A stretch of 24,167 nucleotides of DNA from Fidelibacterota bacterium (GTDB taxonomy: Bacteria; Fidelibacterota; Fidelibacteria; Fidelibacterales; DSDE01), in contig JBJKQR010000004.1 of NCBI GenBank assembly GCA_046735395.1, forward strand, positions 1 to 24,167, written 5' to 3'. Below the pieces are notes generated by a model, which ran no database searches, had not been told where the DNA came from, and saw nothing but the letters and a program-made list of their open reading frames with translations. Each line of letters begins with the position of its first letter. Position 1 is the stretch's first letter. Of the stretch, positions 6,912 through 17,240 are shown one piece after another. The position numbers and the translations under genes are program-made.

Positions 6912-7652
6912 ATGTCACGGATGACGACGGACGAACTGAAATCTGCGGAAAATCTGCCCCGTCACGTCGCCATTATCATGGACGGAAACGGCCGCTGGGC
7001 CCGGCAGAAGGGGATGCCGCGCATCGCCGGCCATCGGGAAGGCATCAATTCCGTTCGGGAAATCGTGGAATTCTGTGGCGAGCTGGGCATCGGATATCTC
7101 ACCCTCTATACCTTTTCCGAGGAAAACTGGAACAGGCCTCAGGCGGAAGTCTCCTTCCTCATGAATCTGCTCATGGAAACCATTCGCAAGGAAGTGGAAG
7201 CGCTGCACCGCAACAATGTCCGTGTGCGGGTTATCGGCGATATTGACAAGCTGCCGAAAAAGTCCCGGGAGGAATTCCGCGAATGCATGGATCTGACCCG
7301 CGATAATACCGGCCTGAACCTCATCCTTGCACTGAGTTACAGCAGCCGTAACGAAATTGTCAATGCCGCCAGAGCTATCGCGGCCGATGTGGCGGCGGGA
7401 AACGTAAAGGCGGATGAGATCAGTGAATCGACATTCAGTTCCTATCTCTATACGAATCAGATCCCCGATCCCGATCTCCTCATCCGCACCAGCGGTGAAC
7501 AGCGGATTTCGAATTTTCTGCTCTGGCAGGTGGCTTATTCCGAATTTTATATCACACCCGTTCTCTGGCCGAGTTTTCGCAAAGCGGAGATGATTGAGGC
7601 ACTGACGGATTATCTCGGCCGGGACCGGCGTTTCGGCAAAGTTAACGATTAA
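6912..7652 (+). CDS. uppS: Undecaprenyl diphosphate synthase (cis-prenyltransferase)
   Basis: PRHVAIIMDGNGRWA, YTFSEENWNRP, DLLIRTSGEQRISNFLLWQ, RRFG. Confidence 0.98.
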   Translation: MSRMTTDELKSAENLPRHVAIIMDGNGRWARQKGMPRIAGHREGINSVREIVEFCGELGIGYLTLYTFSEENWNRPQAEVSFLMNLLMETIRKEVEALHRNNVRVRVIGDIDKLPKKSREEFRECMDLTRDNTGLNLILALSYSSRNEIVNAARAIAADVAAGNVKADEISESTFSSYLYTNQIPDPDLLIRTSGEQRISNFLLWQVAYSEFYITPVLWPSFRKAEMIEALTDYLGRDRRFGKVND

Positions 7653-7663
7653 TCAGGATTGCA

Positions 7664-9985
7664 ATGGTACGTAAACTTTTTATCCTCATCGCCTTCGGCA
7701 CAGCCTCGCTTCTTTTTGCGCAGACCGCTTCACTGAAGGTGGCCGGTGTTTCCGTCATCGGAAATGTCACGGCCTCGGAAAATATCATTAAACTCAATTC
7801 CGGCTTTGTGGATGGTGCAACGCTGACCGGAGACGACATTCAGGACGGCATCAAGAAACTGTGGCGCCTGGCTCTCTTTTCCGACATCAAGGTCTTTGTG
7901 GAAAAAGAGACGGATGCCGGGGCCTTTCTGATCATCAAGGTGGAGGAATATCCCCGTCTCGCCGGTATCGAATACCGGGGAAACAAGAAGATCAAGACCC
8001 GGACCCTGAACGAGGACATCACCTTCATTACCGGCCAGGTCATCAATCCCCATGTCATCAACACCGCCGTTCGCGATATCAAGAAGAAATACGAGGACAA
8101 GGGCTATTACAATGTGCAGGTTGATGTGAGCACCGAACCTGGAAAGACGGAAAATACCATCAAGGTTCTGGTCGACATCAACGAAGGGAAAAAAGTTCGT
8201 ATCCGGTCCATCGACTTTGTGGGAAATGATCATATCCGCGCCTTCACACTTCGCCGTAAGATGAAGGAAATCAAGCAGCGGAAATGGTATACCTTTTTCA
8301 ATGGCGGCAAATTTGACGAGAATAAATTTGAAACGGATAAACTGGCCGTTCTCAAATATTACCGGGACAAAGGATACCGCGATGCCCGTTTCACCGATGA
8401 AAAAGTGGCCCTGAGTGATGATAAGAAATCCATCCGCATCACGCTGACGGTGGACGAGGGGACGCCCTACTATTTCGGAAATATTGAAATCGACGGCAAT
8501 GAGATCTATGATACCCGCCTTCTCAATTTTCAGCTCGCCATGGCCGGGATTACCCGGGGATCCGCCTTCAGGGAAAAGGATTTTGAAGCCGGCGTGGATT
8601 CCCGTGTCCGCTCTCTCTATCTGGATCACGGCTATCTCTACGCACAGGTCGTTCCCGAACTCACACCCCGCGACAAGGACACCCTCGATCTGAAGATCAA
8701 TATCGTGGAAAATGACAAAGTCAGCGTCCGCCACATCAATCTGGTGGGCAATACACGAACCCGTGATTTTGTAATCCGGCGGGAACTGCGCGTCTTTCCC
8801 GGTGATGTCTTTAACCGCGAGGCGCTCATCCGTTCACAGAGTGATATCTTCCGCCTGAATTATTTCTCGGATGTGGTTCCCGATATCGTCCCGGTGGATG
8901 ACAAGAACGTGGACCTGGAAGTCAAGCTGGAGGAGCGCAGCGCCGACAAGGCCAATGTGGCCATGGGCTACAGTGAACTGGACGGCGTGATCGGCAGCAT
9001 GGGCGTGGATATCGCCAATCTCTTCGGCCGCGGACAGCAGCTCAGCGCCGAATACCGGCGTGGCCAGTCCTACCAGTATATGAGCCTGGGTTTTACCGAA
9101 CCCTGGCTTCTGGGGAAGCCCAATCTGCTGGGAATTAATGTGTATTATTCCACCCGTGGCGCCACGGCAAATTATTATCAGCCCTACGACCTGGGTGTCA
9201 AGGGCGTGTCTCTGCGTTTCGGCCGCCGCTTCCGCTGGCCCGATTCCTATTTCCGCGGCAGCTGGAGCGTGTCCGTCTCCGAAAAGAATTATACCAATAT
9301 CAGTGATTCCACTGTCTTTTATTACCAGAATCCTGAAGGCCTGGAGAAGACCCGTGGCAACAATATTACCCAGACCATTTCGAGGGATAACCGTAACCGG
9401 CCCGAATTTCCCACGGCCGGCAGCAGCGTGTCCCTGTCATCCAAATTATCCGGCGGACTTCTGGGCGGTGATGAACAATTCGTGAAGAATCAGTTCGGTC
9501 TTGAGTGGTGGACGCCCACCCTGCCCAAACTGGTCATCTACCAGAATTTCCAGCTGGGCCTCATCAATACCTTCGGTAAACATTCGGTTATTCCCTACGA
9601 TGAACGCTTCTATATGGGCGGTGCCGGGCTGATCTCCTATACGACAGCCCTCCGTGGCTATGATGATCAGACCGTGGGTCCCTGGGCCTCCGGCTATCCC
9701 CTCGGCGGCTTCGGGATGATGAAATATTCCATGGAACTTCGGTATCTCATTACCGATAATCCCACTCTCTACGGCCTGGCCTTCGCGGAAAGCGGCCAGG
9801 TATGGCAGGACTTCCGGACCGTGAATATCAACAAGATGGATCGTTCCGCCGGTGTGGGTGTCCGCGTATTCATGCCCATGATCGGCATGCTCGGATTTGA
9901 TGTCGGCTATGGTTTTGACGATATTAATCAGGATGGAAAAGCGGATGGCTGGAAGACTCATTTTGTCTTCGGTATGCCATTTTAA
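7664..9985 (+). CDS. bamA: Outer membrane protein assembly factor BamA
   Basis: Signal peptide, POTRA repeats (GN...Y...GY), GNTRTRDFVIRRE, LRGY loop-6 motif, C-terminal F; located between uppS and skp. Confidence 0.97.
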   Translation: MVRKLFILIAFGTASLLFAQTASLKVAGVSVIGNVTASENIIKLNSGFVDGATLTGDDIQDGIKKLWRLALFSDIKVFVEKETDAGAFLIIKVEEYPRLAGIEYRGNKKIKTRTLNEDITFITGQVINPHVINTAVRDIKKKYEDKGYYNVQVDVSTEPGKTENTIKVLVDINEGKKVRIRSIDFVGNDHIRAFTLRRKMKEIKQRKWYTFFNGGKFDENKFETDKLAVLKYYRDKGYRDARFTDEKVALSDDKKSIRITLTVDEGTPYYFGNIEIDGNEIYDTRLLNFQLAMAGITRGSAFREKDFEAGVDSRVRSLYLDHGYLYAQVVPELTPRDKDTLDLKINIVENDKVSVRHINLVGNTRTRDFVIRRELRVFPGDVFNREALIRSQSDIFRLNYFSDVVPDIVPVDDKNVDLEVKLEERSADKANVAMGYSELDGVIGSMGVDIANLFGRGQQLSAEYRRGQSYQYMSLGFTEPWLLGKPNLLGINVYYSTRGATANYYQPYDLGVKGVSLRFGRRFRWPDSYFRGSWSVSVSEKNYTNISDSTVFYYQNPEGLEKTRGNNITQTISRDNRNRPEFPTAGSSVSLSSKLSGGLLGGDEQFVKNQFGLEWWTPTLPKLVIYQNFQLGLINTFGKHSVIPYDERFYMGGAGLISYTTALRGYDDQTVGPWASGYPLGGFGMMKYSMELRYLITDNPTLYGLAFAESGQVWQDFRTVNINKMDRSAGVGVRVFMPMIGMLGFDVGYGFDDINQDGKADGWKTHFVFGMPF

Positions 9986-10009
9986 AAAAATTAAATAAGG
10001 AGTAAACCT

Positions 10010-10537
10010 GTGAAAAAACTGTTAATTGCTGCACTGATCGGTATTCTCTCGGCATCCTATGCCTTTGCTGAACTCAAGGTCGGGTATATCAATTCCGATC
10101 AGATTCTCACCGAATACGAGGAAAGCGTGGATGCCATGTCAAAGCTGGATGCCGAAAACAAACGGCTTCAGGAAGAATTTCAGAAAATGCAGGCCCGCTT
10201 CCAGGATCTGTCTCAGGAATTCGAAAAGAAAAAATTTGTCGCCACGGATGCCTGGAAAACCCAGAAACAGCAGGAAATGGATCAGCTGAGCATGGACATC
10301 CAGAATTACCAGATGGAAAAATTCGGCCCTCAGGGGGAAATCTACCAGAGAGAAAATGAATATCTCGGACCGGTGCTGGAAAAGATTAATCTTATCCTGA
10401 AGAAGGTCGGTGAAGAAGGAAATTACGATTATATCATGGATGGCGCAAAGGGTGTGCTCGTCTTCGCCAATCCCAAGCATGACCTGACCAATACGGTCCT
10501 CTATGAATTGCGTAAATCCGGCGGCGAAACCAAATAA
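10010..10537 (+). CDS. skp: Skp/OmpH periplasmic chaperone
   Basis: Signal peptide, KVGYIN, long coiled coil, YDYIMD...DLT; AAGGAG RBS, GTG start. Confidence 0.93.
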   Translation: MKKLLIAALIGILSASYAFAELKVGYINSDQILTEYEESVDAMSKLDAENKRLQEEFQKMQARFQDLSQEFEKKKFVATDAWKTQKQQEMDQLSMDIQNYQMEKFGPQGEIYQRENEYLGPVLEKINLILKKVGEEGNYDYIMDGAKGVLVFANPKHDLTNTVLYELRKSGGETK

Positions 10538-10539
10538 AT

Positions 10540-11499
10540 ATGGCGTATACACTCAAAGAGTTGTCCCGGATTCTCGAATGTGAATTCCGCGGAGATCCCG
10601 GCCGGACTATTTCCGAAATACAGGAAATCCAGCACGCGGGGAAGGACAGCATTTCCTTCATCGGCAACGGCAAATATCTGAAATATCTGGAGAAAACCGA
10701 GGCCGCGGCTGTCATCATTTCCCGGAATATGGAAACGGCCTTTCCCAATGTGATTTTTGCCGAGGATCCGCAGGCAGCCTTTGCGAAACTCATTCCGCTG
10801 TTCATCCGGGATCGGGGAGTACAGGAGCGCAGTATTCATCCCGGGGCAGTGATTCACGAAACCGCAGTCATCGGAAAAAACGTGCATATCGGGCCCCATG
10901 TCTCCATCGGCCATCACTGCGTCATCGGTGATAACGTGACCATTTTTGCCAATGTGAGTATCTACGACAACACGCAGATCGGGGATAATACCATCATTCA
11001 TTCCGGAACCGTCATCGGGAGTGACGGCTTCGGGTTCACCTTTCATAACGATCACTATGAAAAAATTCCTCAGCTCGGGCGGGTCATCATCGGCCGGGAT
11101 GTGGAATTCGGCGCCAATTGTGCCGTGGACCGCAGTACCATCGGCGATACGCTCATCGGCGATGGCTGTAAATTTGACAACCATGTTCATGTTGCTCATA
11201 ATGTGAAGATCGGGCGTTACTGCGTCTTCGCGGGCCAGACCGGTATTGCCGGTTCGGCCGTTATCGACGATTTCTGCGTGTTCGGCGGACAGGTGGCCAT
11301 TAACGGACATATTCATGTGGGAAGCGGGACCCAGGCAGCTGCTCGCAGCGGAATCACCAAGGATGTGATTCCCGGCGAAGTGGTGGGGGGATTTCCGGCT
11401 ATTCCCATCAAGGACTATCACAAGAGGGAAATCAATATCCGGAGAATTCCGGATATTCTTGAGAAGTTGAAACAAGAGAAAAGTAAAGAGACGAAATGA
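10540..11499 (+). CDS. lpxD: UDP-3-O-(3-hydroxyacyl)glucosamine N-acyltransferase
   Basis: Hexapeptide repeats, [38 protein letters not shown]. Confidence 0.97.
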   Translation: MAYTLKELSRILECEFRGDPGRTISEIQEIQHAGKDSISFIGNGKYLKYLEKTEAAAVIISRNMETAFPNVIFAEDPQAAFAKLIPLFIRDRGVQERSIHPGAVIHETAVIGKNVHIGPHVSIGHHCVIGDNVTIFANVSIYDNTQIGDNTIIHSGTVIGSDGFGFTFHNDHYEKIPQLGRVIIGRDVEFGANCAVDRSTIGDTLIGDGCKFDNHVHVAHNVKIGRYCVFAGQTGIAGSAVIDDFCVFGGQVAINGHIHVGSGTQAAARSGITKDVIPGEVVGGFPAIPIKDYHKREINIRRIPDILEKLKQEKSKETK

Positions 11500-12896
11500 T
11501 TCAGAATCAACACACAATCGCGAAAGCGGTCTCCATCTCCGGTATCGGGCTACATACCGGGGCAAAGACCACCTTAACCTTTAATCCGGCCAAGGAAAAC
11601 AGCGGCCTCCGTTTTGTACGGACCGATCTGCCGGAACGCATCGAAATTCCTGCTCACGTGGACAACGTGGTGGATATTACGCGCGGTACGACCCTCGGTG
11701 TCAAGGATGCCACCATTCACACGGTGGAACATGTTCTGTCCGCACTGGCCGGCCTGGAAATCGACAATGTGCTCATCGAGATCAGCGGCCCTGAACCGCC
11801 CATCATGGACGGAAGCGCGAAACCCTTCGTGGACGCTCTCCTGTCAGCCGGTATCGTCAAGCAGGATGCAATCCGCAAGGTTCTGGTCATTGATACCACC
11901 GTCACCTTTGATGATACGGATAAAGGAATCGATATCCACATCACACCCTCCGACCGTTTCCGTGTCACCTTCATGATGGATTACAAGACGCCGACGCTCG
12001 GAACCCAGTATTATGCGCTGTATTCTCTCAAGGAGGATTATCCTGTCGAAATATCCGCTGCCCGGACCTTCACACTGCTCAGTGAAGTGGAACCGCTTAA
12101 GGAACAGGGACTGGTGAAGGGCGGAAGCCTGGACAATGCCCTGATTTTTGTGGACCGTGTCATCGGTGAGGATGAGGTGGACCGGCTGAAAACAGCCTTC
12201 AACGTTCATGAAAGTATTTCCATCCGGGAAAATGAGACCCTCAATCAGCGCCAGCTCCGCTACGTCAATGAACCGGTACGCCACAAGATTCTGGATCTGA
12301 TCGGCGATCTGGCTCTGCTGGGCATGCCCATTCAGGGTCATGTCATGGCTGCCCGCAGCGGTCACAAAAGCAATGTGGAACTCGTGAAACTGCTGCAGAA
12401 AAAATTCGAAAAACAGATCACACAGCAGCTTCTCGTCAGCGAGATGCAGGAAAAAAGCAATATTACTCTGAATATTCATGATATTACACGTATTCTTCCC
12501 CACCGTTATCCCTTCCTTCTGATTGACCGCATCATTGATCTGCAGCCGAACGAGGAAGTGGTGGGCCTGAAGAATGTGACCATCAACGAACCATTTTTTC
12601 AGGGCCATTTCCCCGGACGGCCCGTCATGCCCGGCGTGCTCATCCTGGAAAGCATGGGCCAGACCGGCGGCATCCTCCTGCTGAATTCCGTATCTCAGCC
12701 CGACTCCAAGCTCATCTTCTTTTCGGCTATGGAAAATGTAAAATTTCGCCGGGTCGTGGAACCGGGCGATCAGCTGAAAATGGTCGTCAGAATGGTTAAG
12801 GCCAGAATGGGGACCTATAAAATGGAAGCCAAAGCCTATGTCGACAATCAGCTGGCCTGTGAAGCGATGCTGACGGCCGCTCTGGTCAACAGGTAA
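11496..12896 (+). CDS. lpxC-fabZ: Bifunctional LpxC deacetylase / FabZ dehydratase fusion
   Basis: Lpx[35 protein letters not shown]. Fab[37 protein letters not shown]. Confidence 0.97.
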   Translation: MIQNQHTIAKAVSISGIGLHTGAKTTLTFNPAKENSGLRFVRTDLPERIEIPAHVDNVVDITRGTTLGVKDATIHTVEHVLSALAGLEIDNVLIEISGPEPPIMDGSAKPFVDALLSAGIVKQDAIRKVLVIDTTVTFDDTDKGIDIHITPSDRFRVTFMMDYKTPTLGTQYYALYSLKEDYPVEISAARTFTLLSEVEPLKEQGLVKGGSLDNALIFVDRVIGEDEVDRLKTAFNVHESISIRENETLNQRQLRYVNEPVRHKILDLIGDLALLGMPIQGHVMAARSGHKSNVELVKLLQKKFEKQITQQLLVSEMQEKSNITLNIHDITRILPHRYPFLLIDRIIDLQPNEEVVGLKNVTINEPFFQGHFPGRPVMPGVLILESMGQTGGILLLNSVSQPDSKLIFFSAMENVKFRRVVEPGDQLKMVVRMVKARMGTYKMEAKAYVDNQLACEAMLTAALVNR

Positions 12897-12898
12897 AT

Positions 12899-13669
12899 AT
12901 GACAGATATTCATTCGACAGCAATTGTCAGTCCGAAGGCCCGGCTGGGTGAGAATGTCACCGTCGGGCCCTTCACGATTATCGAAGCGGATGTGGAAATC
13001 GGTGACAATACTGCCATTGATTCCTCTGTGGTGATTCGGGACGGTGCGAGGATCGGGAAGAATTGCCGGATCTTCAGCGGAGCGATTATTTCGGAACGGC
13101 CTCAGGACCTGAAATTCTCAGGCGAATATACCACAACCGAAATCGGTGAGAATACGACTATCCGCGAATACGCCACTCTTCATCGGGGTACGGAAGACAG
13201 GATGAAGACGGTGGTGGGAAGCAATTGCCTTCTTATGGCCTATTCTCATATTGCCCACGATGTAAAGGTGGGAAACCATGTCATCATCTCGAATGCGGGG
13301 CAGATTGCGGGTCATGTGGATATTGATGATTATGCCATTATCAGCGGCATGGTGGGCATTCATCAGTTTGTGAAGATCGGCGCTCACAGTTTCATCGGCG
13401 GTGGTTTTCGTGTCGGCCAGGATGTGCCGCCCTATATTCTTGCCTCCGGAGAGCCGCTGCGTTATGCCGGACTGAATACGGTGGGACTGCGGCGCAGGGG
13501 ATTTACACCGGAGCAGCTGGATGCTCTGAAAGCCTTTTACCGTATCGTTTTCCGCTCCAAGTACAATCTCAGCGATGCGTTGAAACATCTTGAGTCTGAA
13601 TTTGAATTCACTCCTGAAACACGGAATGCCTACGATTTCATAAAGAGGAGTACCCGGGGACTGGTATAG
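12899..13669 (+). CDS. lpxA: Acyl-ACP--UDP-N-acetylglucosamine O-acyltransferase
   Basis: IHSTAIV, PQDLKF, IREYATLHRGT, MAYSHIAHD, GLNTVGLRRRGF. Confidence 0.98.
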   Translation: MTDIHSTAIVSPKARLGENVTVGPFTIIEADVEIGDNTAIDSSVVIRDGARIGKNCRIFSGAIISERPQDLKFSGEYTTTEIGENTTIREYATLHRGTEDRMKTVVGSNCLLMAYSHIAHDVKVGNHVIISNAGQIAGHVDIDDYAIISGMVGIHQFVKIGAHSFIGGGFRVGQDVPPYILASGEPLRYAGLNTVGLRRRGFTPEQLDALKAFYRIVFRSKYNLSDALKHLESEFEFTPETRNAYDFIKRSTRGLV

Positions 13670-13684
13670 ATTGTGACACGGTTC

Positions 13685-14329
13685 ATGACATATTTCAAAA
13701 ACATCCTCCCCTGTTTTGGAGGATGTTTTGTCTTCATACTTTTTTTTCAGACGGCTGTGCTGCTTTCCGCTGTACCGGCTTCGGACCGGGAGGCAGAAAC
13801 CATCGCAAATCATTATTCCGTGCTGCCCTCCGGGAGCAACGGGCCCCTGTCCGCAGGCATCAGCCTCACCGGTGACGGGAATAATGAATACAGCCTGCTG
13901 CGAGGGCTTTTCGACTGGACCCTGGCGGGAAAGTACCTGATCAGCGGGAGTTACGGATACCGGGCTCTGGACAATCTGCCGCTTACAGCCTGGGACTATG
14001 GTTTCGCCTATGTTCCGGCTATTCGCGATTCCGCCCGCTATGCCCCGGTTCTCGGTTTCCGCAAAGAATTGATCAGTCATAAAACACTGCGATCGGGAAC
14101 GGTCTCTCTATATACCGGGTTTCAGCGCAGGCTGTCCTTTGGTGATGGGGCTCTTCTTCTGCTTCTGGATTACAGGCGCGGCCGTATGCCTGGAAACGGA
14201 AATACCTATACGATAGACCAGTGGATAACAGGCCTCGGATTGAGCTTCAGCCGGTCCGGCCTCTCCCTTTCAGTGAAAGCAAATCGTTCGGCGCTGCTTT
14301 CCAGCCTGAGCTATAAGGTGTCTCTATGA
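13685..14329 (+). CDS. Hypothetical exported protein, probable small outer-membrane beta-barrel
   Basis: Hydrophobic N-terminal signal, alternating amphipathic strands (GKYLISGSYGY, VSLYTGFQ, ITGLGLSF, LSLSVKA, SLSYKVSL); stop overlaps the dxr start (ATGA). Start 13673 or 13685. Confidence 0.65.
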   Translation: MTYFKNILPCFGGCFVFILFFQTAVLLSAVPASDREAETIANHYSVLPSGSNGPLSAGISLTGDGNNEYSLLRGLFDWTLAGKYLISGSYGYRALDNLPLTAWDYGFAYVPAIRDSARYAPVLGFRKELISHKTLRSGTVSLYTGFQRRLSFGDGALLLLLDYRRGRMPGNGNTYTIDQWITGLGLSFSRSGLSLSVKANRSALLSSLSYKVSL

Positions 14330-15480
14330 AAAAAATCGGAATCCTGGGCAGCACCGGTTCCATCGGTGTGAACGCCCTGAATGTCGTTGCGGCGCATCCG
14401 GACCGTTTTTCGGTGCGCTGGCTGACTGCGAATAAAAATGCTGAACTTCTGGTGGAACAGGCTCGTCGTTTTCGCCCCGATTATGTGGTGATCGCTGACG
14501 ATTCTCTGTATGTGGAGGTGAAGACCGCCCTCCGTGATCTGCCCATGTCGGTGCAGGCCGGTTATGCCGCTGTTGTTCAGGCTGCCGCGGATACATCGAC
14601 AGATCTGGTGCTCAATTCGATTGTGGGTTCCAAGGGACTTGAGCCGACAGTGGCAGCGCTCCGGGCCGGAATAGACGTGGCGCTCAGCAACAAGGAAAGT
14701 CTGGTCATGGCCGGAGAGCAGATCAACGCGCTTGCCGCATCAACCGGAGCAGAGATTTACCCTGTCGATTCGGAGCACTCCGCGATCTGGCAGTGCCTGG
14801 CCGGAGAAGCGCCCTCTGCCGTTTCCCGTCTGATTCTCACCGGTTCAGGCGGCCCTTTTCTGCGACGGGATCTGGATTCCTTTGACCGGATTACCGTTGA
14901 GGAAGCCCTGGCTCATCCGAACTGGAGCATGGGTTCAAAGATCACCATCGATTCTGCGACCATGATGAACAAGGGCCTGGAACTCATTGAGGCCTATCAT
15001 CTGTTTCATATTCCTGTAAAACGCATCGACATCGTCATCCATCCGCAGAGTATCATTCACAGTATGGTAAAATTCATCGATACGTCCATCAAGGCCCAGC
15101 TGGGTGTGCCCGATATGAAGATCCCCATCCAGTACGCGCTGGCCTGGCCGGATCGCCTGAGCAGCAACTGGGAAAATCTGGATTTTGCAAAGCTGGCGAG
15201 AATGGATTTTTTCGAACCGGATTTTCGTCGTTTTCCGGCACTGCGACTGGCTTATGAGGCCATTGAGGCCGGCGGCAGTTACCCCACTGTCCTTAATGTC
15301 TGCAATGAACAGGCTGTATATCTCTTTCTGAAGGGGAAAATACGATTTACACAAATTCCGGAATTGGTTGAGCAGGCGCTGTCCGGGCATACGGGCCTGC
15401 AGAATCCGGGGATTGACGATATTTTACATTTGGAGAAAAATCTGATAAATTATATGCAGAAAGTTGAGGAGAATTTATGA
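14326..15480 (+). CDS. dxr: 1-deoxy-D-xylulose-5-phosphate reductoisomerase
   Basis: ILGSTGSIG, LSNKESLV, PVDSEHSAI, HPNWSMGSKITIDSATMMNKGLELIEA. Confidence 0.98.
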   Translation: MKKIGILGSTGSIGVNALNVVAAHPDRFSVRWLTANKNAELLVEQARRFRPDYVVIADDSLYVEVKTALRDLPMSVQAGYAAVVQAAADTSTDLVLNSIVGSKGLEPTVAALRAGIDVALSNKESLVMAGEQINALAASTGAEIYPVDSEHSAIWQCLAGEAPSAVSRLILTGSGGPFLRRDLDSFDRITVEEALAHPNWSMGSKITIDSATMMNKGLELIEAYHLFHIPVKRIDIVIHPQSIIHSMVKFIDTSIKAQLGVPDMKIPIQYALAWPDRLSSNWENLDFAKLARMDFFEPDFRRFPALRLAYEAIEAGGSYPTVLNVCNEQAVYLFLKGKIRFTQIPELVEQALSGHTGLQNPGIDDILHLEKNLINYMQKVEENL

Positions 15481-16547
15481 TATATGTTGTCGCCACCATT
15501 GTCGTTCTGGGAATTCTCGTGTTCGTACATGAACTGGGGCATTTTTTGGCGGCAAAGAGCGTCGGAATTCGCGTGGATACCTTTTCCCTGGGATTTCCGC
15601 CGAAAATGGTCGGTAAACAGATCGGAGAAACGGAGTATCGTATCGGCTGGGTGCCCCTCGGCGGATATGTGAAAATGGCCGGTATGATTGATGAAAGTTT
15701 CGACTCTGATTTTGCCGAGCAGGAACCCCAATCCTACGAATACCGTTCAAAGAAGAGCTGGCAGCGGATTTTCGTCAGCTCTGCCGGTGTTATCATGAAC
15801 CTGCTGCTGACTCTGGTCATTTTCTTTTTTCTCACCCTTGCAAATGGTGTTTCCGAGGTTTCGGAAGAGCCGGTCGTTGACAGCGTATCACCGGGAATGC
15901 CGGCAGAAACAGCCGGTCTGCTTGCAGGAGACCGGATTCTGCGCCTCGACGATACGCAGATTTCCACCTGGTCGGATCTCACTGCTTATATTTACAGCCA
16001 TGCGGACGAGGATGTGAAACTGGTCTATGAACGGAATGGTTCAGATGCGGAGACCGTCGTGACGCCCCGGCTTCAGCGGACCATCCGCAACGGAAATATT
16101 GTGGACGTGGGGATGATCGGCATCGGAGGCAAACTGGTTCATCATGAAGCCGGTTTGGGAGAATCGCTGAAGGTCGGAGCCAAAAGTACCTGGGCCTGGC
16201 TGAAACTGACCTGGAACTCCATGCTCATGCTCGTGACAGGCCAGGAAAGTTTCAAGAATGTAGGCGGCCCCATCATGATCGCCCAACTCGCCGGCGAGTC
16301 AGCTAAAATGGGCCTTGGCAGCCTGTTTTCCTTTATTGCAATCATTTCCGTGAATCTCGCCTTGCTGAATATTCTCCCCATCCCGGCTCTGGATGGCGGC
16401 CATATAATCGTTGCCATTCTGGAAGGCGTGCGCCGGAAGGAAATTTCCACGCGTTCCAAACTCCTCGTGCAGCAGGTAGGAACCTTCATTCTCCTGACAT
16501 TGGTCGTATTGGTGGTATTCAACGATATCAGCCGCTGGTTCAAGTAA
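15477..16547 (+). CDS. rseP: RIP zinc metalloprotease RseP (one PDZ domain)
   Basis: HELGH, PLGGYVKM, PDZ segment, NILPIPALDGG. Confidence 0.97.
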   Translation: MIYVVATIVVLGILVFVHELGHFLAAKSVGIRVDTFSLGFPPKMVGKQIGETEYRIGWVPLGGYVKMAGMIDESFDSDFAEQEPQSYEYRSKKSWQRIFVSSAGVIMNLLLTLVIFFFLTLANGVSEVSEEPVVDSVSPGMPAETAGLLAGDRILRLDDTQISTWSDLTAYIYSHADEDVKLVYERNGSDAETVVTPRLQRTIRNGNIVDVGMIGIGGKLVHHEAGLGESLKVGAKSTWAWLKLTWNSMLMLVTGQESFKNVGGPIMIAQLAGESAKMGLGSLFSFIAIISVNLALLNILPIPALDGGHIIVAILEGVRRKEISTRSKLLVQQVGTFILLTLVVLVVFNDISRWFK

Positions 16548-16554
16548 TAGTTTC

Positions 16555-17169
16555 ATGAAATATTTCAACAGTCTTGTTTTTCCCGACGAGAATTCTGCTG
16601 ACAACAGTCCGGAACTTCGTCGTTTCCGTCTGTTTATGGAAGATCTGCACAATGGGAACGAATCCGGGCTGAAATTCAGGAAAAGCGGCAAAAAAGCGTA
16701 CACGGAAGCTGCGCCTCTTTCGCTTCTTCTGGATGAATGGCTGGCGCATCCGGCCTGGAAAATGCCCCGGCGCCTGTGGCTGGCTCTGAGGATATCCCTG
16801 CAGCAGATGATTCCGTCCTCACAGGATAATGATCCGGAAAATTCCGGTCGGATTCTCTGGGATCCGGCCGATACGCGTTGTCTCGCATCAGTTTTGTCCC
16901 TTGCAGTTGAGTCGGGTTTGAGCCGTCATCACAGCAAACAGCTTCTCACGAGCCTGATGGCATTGCGGGGCAGTCTGACGTGTGACGGACTTACCGAATG
17001 CCGGCCTGAACTAATTCTGAATCGGGCCGCTTTTCTGCTCCGGTCCGGGCACGGAGGCAGCCGTCTGCTCCTGGATTCTGCACGTGTTCTGTTTAAGTGT
17101 GGCTGCGTCGGAAAAGATAAATTTACTGAATTCCGCAAATTGCTTGAACGTGCTCTGGATCCGCACTGA
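16555..17169 (+). CDS. Hypothetical helical protein (204 aa)
   Basis: Starts 7 nt after rseP and ends just before the terminator; no recognised motif. Confidence 0.55.
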   Translation: MKYFNSLVFPDENSADNSPELRRFRLFMEDLHNGNESGLKFRKSGKKAYTEAAPLSLLLDEWLAHPAWKMPRRLWLALRISLQQMIPSSQDNDPENSGRILWDPADTRCLASVLSLAVESGLSRHHSKQLLTSLMALRGSLTCDGLTECRPELILNRAAFLLRSGHGGSRLLLDSARVLFKCGCVGKDKFTEFRKLLERALDPH

Positions 17170-17193
17170 TTTATATTCAATAATTTGAAGTAT

Positions 17194-17223
17194 AAAAAAA
17201 GGGAAGCAATTGCTTCCCTTTTT
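17194..17223. terminator. Bidirectional intrinsic terminator between convergent operons
   Basis: Perfect palindrome AAAAAGGGAAGCAATTGCTTCCCTTTTT (17196-17223) with A/T tails on both sides. Confidence 0.9.
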
Positions 17224-17240
17224 CTTTCTCACAGGGAATT

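Noticed and set aside
11496..12896. LpxC-FabZ fusion as a novelty
   Set aside because: Well known in Bacteroidota, Chlorobiota and related lineages; useful only as a taxonomic hint.
5248..14080. Long minus-strand ORFs (5248-6354, 7730-8734, 10501-11565, 11844-12923, 13118-14080)
   Set aside because: Antisense shadows of mrp, bamA, lpxD, lpxC-fabZ and lpxA, expected from codon bias; no motifs of their own.
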